Below, one piece after another: positions 46,501 to 54,595 of a stretch of DNA of 59,432 nucleotides. The position numbers were made by a program, and so were the translations under genes. The DNA lies in contig CAYGRM010000004.1 of assembly GCA_964352225.1 (NCBI GenBank), positions 1 through 59,432 on the forward strand, written 5' to 3'. The stretch comes from an uncultured Saprospiraceae bacterium. Its GTDB lineage: Bacteria > Bacteroidota > Bacteroidia > Chitinophagales > Saprospiraceae. The notes below the pieces were generated by a model, which was given only the letters and a program-made list of their open reading frames with translations, had not been told where the DNA came from and made no database searches. Position 1 is the stretch's first letter. Every line of letters starts with the position of its first letter.

Positions 46501-47198
46501 TCCACTCCTCCTGAAAATTTGGCAGAAGGCCCTTTGGTTGTAATGGAGATAATACCTCCTGTTACATCTCCATATTTTGCTCCGATACCTCCTGTGATCA
46601 CTTGCATTTGCTCGATCTCAGATTCTGGAAGTAAGTTTCCTCTTACCCGAATACCATCAATATAGTAATCCGTTGCATTTGAACGGGATCCCTTGATCGT
46701 AACCGCTCCTCCTTCATCAGAAGAACTCGCTCCTGCTGTAGCCGCTGCCACGGCATTAATATTACGCGTAGGTAAATTTCGGATTTGCTCACTTGTTACA
46801 GTTGTACCCGTTGATGTTTCATCTTGTTTGATCAGAGGGACTTTATATCCCGTCACTACGACCTCGTCGATTACGTTTCCTGCTCCTACTGAAAGTTGAA
46901 CATCTACTCTAGTAGCTTGTCCAGCATTTGCAACTACACCTGTAATTTGCTGCGTAGGATATCCTGTATAAGATACCTCTATGTCGTAAGTTCCAGGATC
47001 GACTCTGATACTATAATTTCCATCGATATCCGTAGTTTCCCCTTGAATGAAAACTCCATTTTTCGATATAATTATGTTAGCGGCAATCATATCTTCGCCA
47101 GTATCTTTATCAGATATCTTTCCAGTAATACTGGTTTGTGCGAAGGTGAATGAGGCTACAAATAGTAATGAAAGTGTAAGTAAAAAATTTCGTACCAT
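43560..47198 (-). CDS. TonB-dependent-receptor-like outer-membrane protein (carboxypeptidase-regulatory-like N-domain, plug, very large barrel)
   Basis: 1212 aa. Signal peptide, ITGKISD..DIDGNYSI..GTYDIEVSYTGY domain, plug-like ..VTIKGSRSNATDYYIDGIRV.. and ..GGIISITTKGP, terminal ..YIGANINF. No SusD-like gene is adjacent. Confidence 0.8.
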   Translation of the reverse strand: MVRNFLLTLSLLFVASFTFAQTSITGKISDKDTGEDMIAANIIISKNGVFIQGETTDIDGNYSIRVDPGTYDIEVSYTGYPTQQITGVVANAGQATRVDVQLSVGAGNVIDEVVVTGYKVPLIKQDETSTGTTVTSEQIRNLPTRNINAVAAATAGASSSDEGGAVTIKGSRSNATDYYIDGIRVRGNLLPESEIEQMQVITGGIGAKYGDVTGGIISITTKGPSAKFSGGVDSETSQYLDAFGHSLVGVSLSGPILRKTNEDGNKTSIIGFRFSGRYTHREDNSPTATGVYTVKPEVLARLQANPILDGFGTPTGQRVVADEVELLKTRPNESLQQFNGTLKLDARLSDAIDVSFTGTYFTGKDYFTPGGWTTFNTQNNPNDSYNRYRGNLRFRHRLGGSNANASKSSIVSNFEYIIQAGYEYNDFLRQDSRHEDRLFDYGYIGTVEKEYVPTIDFAFDGTGLTLTHGGFSENTIGYTLNRDINPVLAAYNNGVTDFQTEDDLFAQNGQTFSNSNSIFEFHTNVGTVFNQYQKSQGTLITANVSSSFDLHPGGTDKGRHSIEIGLLYEQREERAYSVSPRRLWELADFNDNRHIIGVDTNIIVGTQTENTPFGPVEVDIYQTLIQNDEASLFYRSIREITGDDLNTFVNVDELTPDQLSIDMFAPIELTDLGLASFYGYDHTGARIGSDVTFDDFFSSTRVTRFGNTIRDFPVAPFRPNYTAAYIQDKFTYKDIIFRLGLRVDRYDANTKVLKDPLSLYDIKDAEQFFSEDANSNQVRPLNVGDDYKVYVSGPDDNTVKAFRNGDEWFFADGSASNGGNVIFGTAPRYVQYSNPLANGNWIKENTYDPNDGFEDYEPQINVMPRLAFSFPISDVANFFAHYDILVQRPPGNNIATALNYFYFGDAGRTPESNPNLRPERTIDYEVGFQQKLTNSSALKVSAYYKEMRDMIQIRDFLFLPSDLNITSYTGFDNLDFGTVKGFTFQYDLRRTKNVTLLAAYTLQFADGTGSDSESSRNLGSRGNIRNLFPLSFDERHRFNIAMDYRYDSGRNYNGPVLFGKDILANAGANLQVIAVSGRPYTAKLVPSSFGGDGTVGSLNGARLPWNFTVNIRVDKTVRLYSPQEAGKNPIDLNVYVRVQNLLDRRNLLGVYSASGSPTDDGFLTSPIGESVLQGVVADGLEQFYLPSYTWRMLNPGFFTLPRRIYIGANINF

Positions 47199-47668
47199 AA
47201 GTAATTCTTTTTAAAATGTTATTGGCGAAAAAATTGGCTTTTCGTGATTAATGGAAAAATAGAACTATCCATTTCTACATTAGCCCACAATGTTAATAAA
47301 TTACGTCTCATTTCTGAAAAAAATAGAAATCCCTTGTCAAGGGAATGACATAAAGATTCTATTAAAAGTCAGCTTTCTACTTGAAAGCGGTGCAGTAGTT
47401 TCAAATATATTCTTTCCAAAATATATTTTTTTTCTATTTCACTTAAAGTATGGTTTTCTTTTTCTATGTTTTTATTTTAATTGAAAAGCTCCTGTTTTAA
47501 AGCTTTTTCCCTCTTTTAATGTAATCTATTATCTTTTCTCTTATTCTCCTTACCAGACTTGTTTTATAAGTCAGGTTTCAATTTTCATTTTTTAGGTTCT
47601 AGCCTTGAGGATACTTAGAAGTTTCCTTGTTGATAAAGATCTTTCTTGTCAGCTGAGATCAAATAGAT

Positions 47669-48610
47669 TTATGCTTGAAGTCCCTCCGTTATTTTTCTTA
47701 AAAGCACATCTGCTAATCTTTGCAAAGATTCTTTTGTCCAACCTGCTACGTGCGGAGTCAAAATTACATTTTCAAAATCATACAACTCATCATACATCCC
47801 GTGTTCCTCTTGAGAAAAAGTAGCTGTTTTTTCATTTTCAAAAACATCTAAACATGCTCCTCCTATCTTTCCAGATTTTAACCCAACGATTAAATCCCTC
47901 GTTTTGGCCACATGCCCTCGCGAGGTATTAATGAGTATGACTCCGTCTTTACATTTTTTTAAAAAATCAGAATTTACCAAATGCTTGGTCTCAGGTGTGA
48001 AGGGTAAATGCAAACTAATGATATCTGCATTGGCTAGAATGTCCTCCAAAGTTGTTTCTCGTACCTGTTCAAATTTATTGGTATAGTTCGTCTTGTATTT
48101 ATCGTATGCTAAAATCTCTACACCCATTCCGCTCAGTTTTTTGGCAAATTGGCTCCCGGTGTGCCCAAAACCAATAATTCCAACTGTGCGTCCCGTGATT
48201 TCAAAGCCTCGATTTTCTTCTCTTTGCCAGTTTTTTTGTCTGACTTGTCGATCTGCTCGAAGAAAATTATTAGCCAATGCAAGCAACATTCCTAGAGCGT
48301 GTTCCGCTACTGCATTACAATTTCCCTCAGGTGCTCCGTGAACCGCTACTCCTTTTTGAGCAGCATATTCCAAATCAATAATCTCCATTCCAGAACCTAA
48401 TCTACCAATAAATTTAAGCTTTTTGCCTGCATCCAACATCTCCTTATCCATTAAGACTTTGCTATTAATGATAATTCCTTCGTAATCTACCACCATTTCT
48501 CGTACTCGTTCCAACCCAATTTTAGGATGATAATCGCATTGAAATCCCAATGCTTTTAAGCCTTCCAATAAATGTGGATGAACGCCATCCGTAACTAGTA
48601 CCTTTCTCAT
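47669..48610 (-). CDS. D-isomer-specific 2-hydroxyacid dehydrogenase (phosphoglycerate-dehydrogenase-like)
   Basis: Rossmann motif GIIGFGHTGSQFA, and catalytic-region TSRG...HVAGWT. The start is moved to MRKVLVTDG (48610). Confidence 0.85.
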   Translation of the reverse strand: MRKVLVTDGVHPHLLEGLKALGFQCDYHPKIGLERVREMVVDYEGIIINSKVLMDKEMLDAGKKLKFIGRLGSGMEIIDLEYAAQKGVAVHGAPEGNCNAVAEHALGMLLALANNFLRADRQVRQKNWQREENRGFEITGRTVGIIGFGHTGSQFAKKLSGMGVEILAYDKYKTNYTNKFEQVRETTLEDILANADIISLHLPFTPETKHLVNSDFLKKCKDGVILINTSRGHVAKTRDLIVGLKSGKIGGACLDVFENEKTATFSQEEHGMYDELYDFENVILTPHVAGWTKESLQRLADVLLRKITEGLQA

Positions 48611-48682
48611 TAAGTTTTTGCTCGGTAAAATTATTGCGCCCAAAGGTAACAAGAATATTATATTTCAAAAAATGATTTTTTC

Positions 48683-48973
48683 GTAGCTGCTGACTTTAGT
48701 CGTCGGCCAAAAAAGAACATAGCGATTTTTTTTTAAAAAAGAAAAAAGTAATTCTGAAACTCAATGCTCACTCAATTCAAAAACTTAGTAATCAGCATTT
48801 TACATATTTAATTTTAAATATAAATCTAAAACAAGTCAAGCTAGTTGATTTGTTAATCTAATAACCATCCGAGTTGATTTTTTCCGTTCGCCTTTAGAGA
48901 AATGTATCTCTTGCTTGTTTTTGCAAGAAATCGCTGCGCTCTTTTTTGGCCGACGACTAAAGTCAGCAGCTAC
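48683..48973. repeat. 291-bp element bounded by perfect 34-bp inverted repeats
   Basis: gtagctgctgactttagtcgtcggccaaaaaaga (48683-48716) is the exact reverse complement of 48940-48973. The 223-bp spacer is AT-rich and non-coding. Confidence 0.9.
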
Positions 48974-48998
48974 TCTTTAATTTTCATCAAAGTAAAAT

Positions 48999-49006
48999 TA
49001 TCTTTG
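48999..49006 (+). promoter_or_regulatory. candidate -7 box TAtcTTTG for the lipoprotein operon
   Basis: Matches TAnnTTTG 28 nt upstream of ATG 49034. Confidence 0.45.
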
Positions 49007-49033
49007 CGCTTCATTTAACCTTGAATTATTATC

Positions 49034-49735
49034 ATGAAAAAAATACCATACTTTCTGCTTTTGGGAATCATCATATTTTTGATGTCTTGTCAGACTGAAT
49101 CACTCCCAAAAGAGAAATCTGACAAATCGAAACCTACGACTTTTGCCAACTTTTATGTTCGATTTTTACAAAGTGAAAATCAAACGGAAGCAAATGCTAC
49201 TTTCCAAAATGGAATGACTCAGCCAAAAGCGGAACCTCTCAAAATTGAAAAAGGTGTTTTTTTTCATAATGGAAATATGGTGGAACGAAATATTCCAAAT
49301 CTTGGAACTCGCTACCAAGCATATTATGATGGGCCATTTTCTGAAACTTATAGATTTCAATTTCAAGATCCGCTCAAAGGAAAAACCGATCATCTTGTTG
49401 AGATAAATCCAATCGTAGATTTTTCATTTGAAGGAGAAGTGAGTAAATCAAAAGGAGCAACGTTGACTTGGGAAGGACTTCCTCTCAATGAAAATGAAGC
49501 ACTTGTATTTTTAATTAACGATGCTAAAAATCAATCAAGGAGTTTTGAATTAAAAGGAAGAACAAATGCATCCAAAATAAAATTGGCAAATAAACATTTA
49601 AGTCAGCTAGCATTGGGAAATGCAAAAATTTATTTAGTTCGAAAACAATCTAAAGCGGAGCAAAAACCAAATTTAGTAATTCTAGCAGAAACCGAATTTT
49701 ACACTAAAGAAAAAGACATCTTAATTGCTCCGTAA
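49034..49735 (+). CDS. hypothetical lipoprotein
   Basis: 233 aa. Signal peptide with lipobox (FLMSC). Confidence 0.55.
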   Translation: MKKIPYFLLLGIIIFLMSCQTESLPKEKSDKSKPTTFANFYVRFLQSENQTEANATFQNGMTQPKAEPLKIEKGVFFHNGNMVERNIPNLGTRYQAYYDGPFSETYRFQFQDPLKGKTDHLVEINPIVDFSFEGEVSKSKGATLTWEGLPLNENEALVFLINDAKNQSRSFELKGRTNASKIKLANKHLSQLALGNAKIYLVRKQSKAEQKPNLVILAETEFYTKEKDILIAP

Positions 49736-49784
49736 ATATCTTGTTATAAATTTATTCGAAAACTCATTTTATTAAATTTTTCTT

Positions 49785-50801
49785 TTGAAAAAAAACAATC
49801 GCAAAAACTATTTTAATTTTTTAATAAAAGTCGCTGTCGTCTTTTTATTAAGTTATGTGATTTATCAACAAGTTTTTGCGAAAGAAAATGCTGATGAAAT
49901 TTGGGAAAACTTTCTCCTAAATCTTACCGATGATAATATTCCTTGGCTCATCATTACTATCTTTTTAATTCCTATCAATTGGGCATTCGAAACTTTAAAA
50001 TGGCAAGTGCTCATCAAAGATTTTGAAAAATTATCTTTTTGGAAGTCCTACCAAGGAGTTTTAACAGGCATCACTTTTTCCCTTTTTACCCCCAATCGAA
50101 TTGGAGAATATGGAGGTCGGATTTTACTCGTCAAACCTGAAAATAATTGGAAGGCAGTCATCGGATCCTTAGTTGGATGTTTTAGCCAATTATTAGTTTT
50201 GTTGAGTTGTGGAATCCTTGGTTTACTTTTATTTATTTATCTGTTTTTGGAAATTGATCAATGGATTTGGTTGAGTATTTTTTTTGTCGGAGTGTTATTT
50301 ACAAGTTTAATGTTGTTTTGTTTTTACAATATTGATTTGGTCATTCCAATAGTCAAACGAATTCCATACGCACATAAATTAAAACGATTTGTCAAGCATG
50401 TAAATGTTTTGAGAAATTACTCTTCCTTCATTTTATCTTCCGCATTGCTGTATTCCTTTTTGAGATATTTAACTTATACTTTTCAGTATTTTTTTATGTT
50501 ACAATTCTTCGGAATCAACGTCTCAATCATTAAAGGATTTGCTGGAATCGCAACTATCTATTTATTGCAGACAAGTATTCCTCTTCCTCCGATCTGGGAT
50601 TTATTCGCAAGAGGGCAAATTGCACTCGAAATTTGGGGCTTTTCTAGCGAAAACGAAATCGGAATTTTAGCGAGTACTTTTACGCTTTGGGTACTAAATT
50701 TAATCATTCCAGCGTTAATTGGTACGATCTTTATCATCCGAATTAATGTACTTCAATCTTTAGGATATGAAAAAATCAATGATAAAAAAAACAATATATA
50801 G
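49785..50801 (+). CDS. polytopic membrane protein, flippase-like / lysyl-PG-synthase-TM-region-like (TTG start)
   Basis: 338 aa with about 8 TM helices, and ..FTPNRIGEYGGR.. typical of that family. Confidence 0.5.
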   Translation: MKKNNRKNYFNFLIKVAVVFLLSYVIYQQVFAKENADEIWENFLLNLTDDNIPWLIITIFLIPINWAFETLKWQVLIKDFEKLSFWKSYQGVLTGITFSLFTPNRIGEYGGRILLVKPENNWKAVIGSLVGCFSQLLVLLSCGILGLLLFIYLFLEIDQWIWLSIFFVGVLFTSLMLFCFYNIDLVIPIVKRIPYAHKLKRFVKHVNVLRNYSSFILSSALLYSFLRYLTYTFQYFFMLQFFGINVSIIKGFAGIATIYLLQTSIPLPPIWDLFARGQIALEIWGFSSENEIGILASTFTLWVLNLIIPALIGTIFIIRINVLQSLGYEKINDKKNNI

Positions 50802-51642
50802 CTTCTTCATTTTCAGCATGATGGCATTCACGATTCCTCCAATTGAGACAGATACTACTTCCAATAGTTTATCTCTAATTGAAACTGAAAAAGAAGTTGT
50901 GGAACCATGTTTCATGGAAAACAAGACCTTTCAAGGAGGCGAAGAAATCACTTACAAATTATATTATAATTGGGGAGTAATGTGGTTAGCAGCCGGTGAA
51001 GTTACTTTCAAAGTAAATGACATGGGCGGTCAATATCATGTAGCTGTGGCAGGTCGAACGTACAAATCTTACGAGTGGTTTTTCAAAGTGAGAGACTACT
51101 ATGATACTTATATTGACAAAAATTCTTTGTTGCCAAAAACTTCTATTAGAGATGTAAGTGAAGGGAAATATAAACTCTACGATAAGGTTACTTTTGACCA
51201 AGAAAATAAAAAAGCAAGTAGCTTAAGAGGTAATACTAAAGATGATGCAACTAAGAAAGAATACCATCTGGGGGAGTGCATGCATGACATGCTTTCGGTC
51301 ATTTATTATTCTCGAAATATTGATTTTGAAAGATACAATGAAGGGGAAGAATTTCCTGTGAAAATTTTTATGGACAAAGAAGTCTGGCCACTCAATGTAA
51401 AATACAAAGGCAAAGAAAGTCGGAAAAAGGTAAAAGGAAGTGGCCGATTTGACACGATTAAATTTAGCCCACAAGTTGTCTCAGGAAGAGTATTTAAAGA
51501 AGGAGAAGAAATGATGGTTTATGTTTCTGATGACAAGAATAGAATTCCACTTTTGATTGAATCGCCAGTTAGTGTTGGTTCAGTAAAAGCAGTTCTAAAA
51601 GATTACAAAGGACTTAAATATGAGATGACTGCGAAGAATTAA
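50767..51642 (+). CDS. DUF3108-like protein
   Basis: 291 aa. GEEITYKLYYNWGVMWLAAGEVTFKV opening is typical of DUF3108. It overlaps the upstream gene by 35 nt, so the start is uncertain. Confidence 0.6.
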   Translation: MKKSMIKKTIYSFFIFSMMAFTIPPIETDTTSNSLSLIETEKEVVEPCFMENKTFQGGEEITYKLYYNWGVMWLAAGEVTFKVNDMGGQYHVAVAGRTYKSYEWFFKVRDYYDTYIDKNSLLPKTSIRDVSEGKYKLYDKVTFDQENKKASSLRGNTKDDATKKEYHLGECMHDMLSVIYYSRNIDFERYNEGEEFPVKIFMDKEVWPLNVKYKGKESRKKVKGSGRFDTIKFSPQVVSGRVFKEGEEMMVYVSDDKNRIPLLIESPVSVGSVKAVLKDYKGLKYEMTAKN

Positions 51643-51687
51643 TAGATCATTCATGAGTCGTAATTTGTGATTCGTCGAAAAGAAATA

Positions 51688-51727
51688 AAAGCTGCAAGGG
51701 ACAATATGATTCTTGCAGCTTTTTGTT
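51688..51727 (+). terminator. rho-independent terminator
   Basis: aaagctgcaag-loop-cttgcagcttt followed by ttgttttatttt. It lies inside the ORF-track N-terminal extension of the next gene. Confidence 0.7.
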
Positions 51728-51750
51728 TTATTTTACAAAAAATAAAAACC

Positions 51751-52380
51751 ATGGCTAATAAATTAGTAAATGTAATTGTATTGTTAGGGATTTTCCTTTT
51801 CGGAGTTTGGGTCGCTCGATTGTATTATCAAGAACCTGAAATAACCACAAATACTGATGCAACCGTTTTGCTTAAAAATATAAAAGACGTTTGTAAATTA
51901 GTAACCGTCGAAGCTGAGTTACAAGAAATTTATGATGAAAAAAGTAATCGAAATTTCACGGTTTATTTACCACTTCCGACCAATTTTACATTTTCCAAAA
52001 AGGCTAGTATTGAAGTATTTGGAAAAGTTTTGGTGGGCTATGATTTAGAGAAAGTTACGATTGATATCGACTCTGTAAATAAAATTTTATACATCAGAAA
52101 CCTACCAAGTCCTGAAATTATTTCAATTGAACATGATGTCAAGTATCGAAGTTTGGATGAGAGTTTTTTCAATGAATTTACACCACAAGATTTCACTCAA
52201 ATGAATAAAACGGCCAAAGCCATTTTGAAACAAAAAGCGATTGAAGAAAAATTATTTGAACGAGCAGAAGAGCAAGGTTCTGAAGTTTTAAACGTGATCC
52301 AATTTATGGCAAGTGGTTTTGGTTGGGAAACAATAGTACAACCCCTGTCCCCTGAAGGGGCACGTTCTATTGACGATTAA
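51751..52380 (+). CDS. DUF4230-like membrane-anchored protein
   Basis: The start is moved to MANKLVNV (51751), after the terminator. Single TM helix, then ..LVTVEAELQEIY..VLVGYDLEKV.. pattern. Confidence 0.6.
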   Translation: MANKLVNVIVLLGIFLFGVWVARLYYQEPEITTNTDATVLLKNIKDVCKLVTVEAELQEIYDEKSNRNFTVYLPLPTNFTFSKKASIEVFGKVLVGYDLEKVTIDIDSVNKILYIRNLPSPEIISIEHDVKYRSLDESFFNEFTPQDFTQMNKTAKAILKQKAIEEKLFERAEEQGSEVLNVIQFMASGFGWETIVQPLSPEGARSIDD

Positions 52381-52486
52381 TGAAACTTCAAAAATTTTCA
52401 ATTTCATTTGAAAAATATATCTTTGCTCTTAATTATTTATTACAAATTTTATTCAAATAGTTCCCCTTTAGGGGACAGGGGTTGTA
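52337..52486. repeat. 150-bp unit bounded by 24-nt inverted repeats enclosing a promoter
   Basis: tacaacccctgtcccctgaagggg (52337-52360) versus cccctttaggggacaggggttgta (52463-52486), with one mismatch. Confidence 0.85.
52418..52425 (+). promoter_or_regulatory. candidate -7 box TAtcTTTG for the rhodanese gene
   Basis: Matches TAnnTTTG 63 nt upstream of ATG 52488. Confidence 0.45.
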
Positions 52487-52487
52487 T

Positions 52488-52775
52488 ATGAACCATTTGA
52501 CTTTTGAAGAATTACAAAAGTGGAAATCCGCCAATAAACCTTTCCAACTCATTGATGTTCGTGAACCTGACGAGCATAATGCCTACAATATTGGTGGTCA
52601 ATTAATCCCTCTTCAATCCATTATAAAACAGAGCGATTTATTAGATTTTTCCCAACCTATTGTCTTTTATTGCAAGCGAGGTATTCGAAGTCAAATAGCC
52701 ATTCAACGATTAAGTATCCGTTTTCCAGAAGCTCAATTTTATAATCTTTCTCAAGGGATTATGCATCTTTTTTAG
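52488..52775 (+). CDS. rhodanese-like sulfurtransferase domain protein
   Basis: 95 aa from ATG 52488. Active-site loop CKRGIRS. Confidence 0.8.
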   Translation: MNHLTFEELQKWKSANKPFQLIDVREPDEHNAYNIGGQLIPLQSIIKQSDLLDFSQPIVFYCKRGIRSQIAIQRLSIRFPEAQFYNLSQGIMHLF

Positions 52776-52841
52776 GTTTAACCTTTCCTTTTTAAAGTAG
52801 TTAACTTTCCAATAACTAGAATAGGCAACCTATTTTAACAG

Positions 52842-52885
52842 ATTTCTCTATTAAAAAATCTATTTTTAGTCCGCGAAATCAACTT
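52842..52885 (+). promoter_or_regulatory. conserved 44-nt upstream box, copy 1
   Basis: atttctctattaaaaaatctatttttagtccgcgaaatcaactt. It matches 54529-54572 at 41 of 44 positions and ends 22 nt before the ATG. Confidence 0.55.
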
Positions 52886-52906
52886 TAACAAACTTAAAAA
52901 TTGAAA

Positions 52907-54421
52907 ATGAATACAAAAGATTTAGATAATCAACAACAGTTGTGGGGACACCCCGTGGGACTTTACGTATTGTTTTTTACAGAAATGTGGGAACGATTTT
53001 CATACTACGGAATGCGGGCACTTTTAGTTTTATATATGACTGCAACTGCGGCTCATGAAAATGGAATAGGTTTGGCCTGGACAGAAAAAGAAGCTATTGC
53101 TTTATATGGATGGTACACCATGTTAGTTTATGTGGCATCCATTCCAGGTGGAATTATTGCAGATAAATTAATTGGGCAAAAGAAAGCTGTCCTCTACGGA
53201 GCAATCATTCTCTGTATGGGACATGGAATATTAGCTATAGATGCTGTTTGGGCTTATTATACCGGTTTAGGATTAGTTATTACGGGAGTAGGTTTATTGA
53301 AACCAAATATTTCAACAATGGTTGGTGGACTCTACAAGCCTGGAGATATTAGAAGAGATAAAGGATTTAATATTTTTTATATCGGTATTAACCTAGGTTC
53401 GTTATTAGCCACGATGACTGTTGGGTTAGTGGTTGCGGAATGGGGATGGCATGCTGGCTTTGGTTTAGCAGGTCTTGCAATGTTAGCAGGGTTAGTGGTA
53501 TATATTTGGGGGCAAAAACACTTGACTCATGTGGGTAATCTTTTACCTGAAGAAGAAAGAAAAACAGAAGCATCTGTTCCTCAACTTTTTTCCAATTTGA
53601 TGAAAACGACCACCCAATTATATATAACTATTGGTTTACTATTAGTTTCTGCTTATGGTTGGTATAAATTAGACTGGGCTTATGGCTTATTATTTTTATT
53701 TATAACTGGTGTTGTTGCGATGCTAATGATGATCTACAGAGATCTTGAATCTCAAATTTTTAAAGATCGATTCTTAGTTTTATTGCTTTCGTTTATAATG
53801 GTAATTATATTTTGGGGCGCTTTTGAGCAAGCAGGTGGTTTGATGAACTTATATACTGACACCAAAACTGATAGAGTTTTATTTGGCTGGACAGTTCCGA
53901 CTGTGATGTTCCAAAGTTTAAATGCTGGATTTATCATTTTATTTGCAACAGGAGTAGCGAGTATTTGGGCAAAACGAAAATTAAAAAACAAAGAAGCCTC
54001 TTCCATATTCAAAATGGCAGTTGGGATTATTATCATGGGACTCGGATTTGTATTCATGGTTTTTGCTGCCATGGAATTTGAAAAAAATGGATCTTCAAGT
54101 ATGATTTGGTTGGTGATGGCTTATCTTTTCCATACCATTGGAGAGTTATGCTTATCACCAGTAGCACTTTCATTTATCACCAAATTGGCTCCTGTAAAAT
54201 ATGCTTCCTTAATGATGGGAGTTTATTTTGCCGCATCTGGTTTAGGAAACAAAGTAGCTGGAATTGTTGGAGAAGCGGCAAGTGATTTTGGAGAGTATAC
54301 TATTTTCCTAGGAATTACTTTCTTTACAGTTGCGATAGGTTTATTATTTATTGCTATTTTAAAACCTTTAAAAAGATTGATTCACGGAGCTGAAGATATC
54401 AAAGTAGAGACAGGACACTAA
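52907..54421 (+). CDS. proton-dependent oligopeptide transporter (POT/PTR2 family)
   Basis: FTEMWERFSYYGMRALLVLY signature, GGIIADK motif, about 12-14 TM helices. ATG 52907 is preferred over TTG 52901. Confidence 0.9.
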   Translation: MNTKDLDNQQQLWGHPVGLYVLFFTEMWERFSYYGMRALLVLYMTATAAHENGIGLAWTEKEAIALYGWYTMLVYVASIPGGIIADKLIGQKKAVLYGAIILCMGHGILAIDAVWAYYTGLGLVITGVGLLKPNISTMVGGLYKPGDIRRDKGFNIFYIGINLGSLLATMTVGLVVAEWGWHAGFGLAGLAMLAGLVVYIWGQKHLTHVGNLLPEEERKTEASVPQLFSNLMKTTTQLYITIGLLLVSAYGWYKLDWAYGLLFLFITGVVAMLMMIYRDLESQIFKDRFLVLLLSFIMVIIFWGAFEQAGGLMNLYTDTKTDRVLFGWTVPTVMFQSLNAGFIILFATGVASIWAKRKLKNKEASSIFKMAVGIIIMGLGFVFMVFAAMEFEKNGSSSMIWLVMAYLFHTIGELCLSPVALSFITKLAPVKYASLMMGVYFAASGLGNKVAGIVGEAASDFGEYTIFLGITFFTVAIGLLFIAILKPLKRLIHGAEDIKVETGH

Positions 54422-54429
54422 AATATATT

Positions 54430-54462
54430 GCGGAAGAGAGTTCATCTCTTCCGCTTTTTTTT
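54430..54462 (+). terminator. rho-independent terminator
   Basis: gcggaagaga-gttca-tctcttccgc followed by T8. Confidence 0.8.
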
Positions 54463-54528
54463 GATTTAAATTTCATTTCCAAGATTGTTGATTTTTCTTC
54501 AAAAAAAATAGATTAGTAATTCTTACAT

Positions 54529-54572
54529 ATTTCTCTTTTAAAAAATCTATTTTTAGTCCGAAAAATCAACTT
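54529..54572 (+). promoter_or_regulatory. conserved 44-nt upstream box, copy 2
   Basis: atttctcttttaaaaaatctatttttagtccgaaaaatcaactt. It ends 24 nt before ATG 54596. Confidence 0.55.
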
Positions 54573-54595
54573 TTGTTTAATTAAAATAATAAAAA

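Noticed and set aside
47290-47823. ORFs of 64 and 72 aa in the region upstream of the barrel gene and overlapping the dehydrogenase 3' end
   Set aside because: They are AT-rich, hydrophobic and low-complexity translations with no conserved motifs. One of them overlaps a well-supported gene on the opposite strand.
48683-52486. Calling the IR-bounded segments at 48683-48973 and 52337-52486 proven invertons
   Set aside because: No recombinase gene is in the window, only one orientation is visible in a single assembly, and the 223-bp spacer lacks a clear promoter box. I keep these as hypotheses in the findings only.
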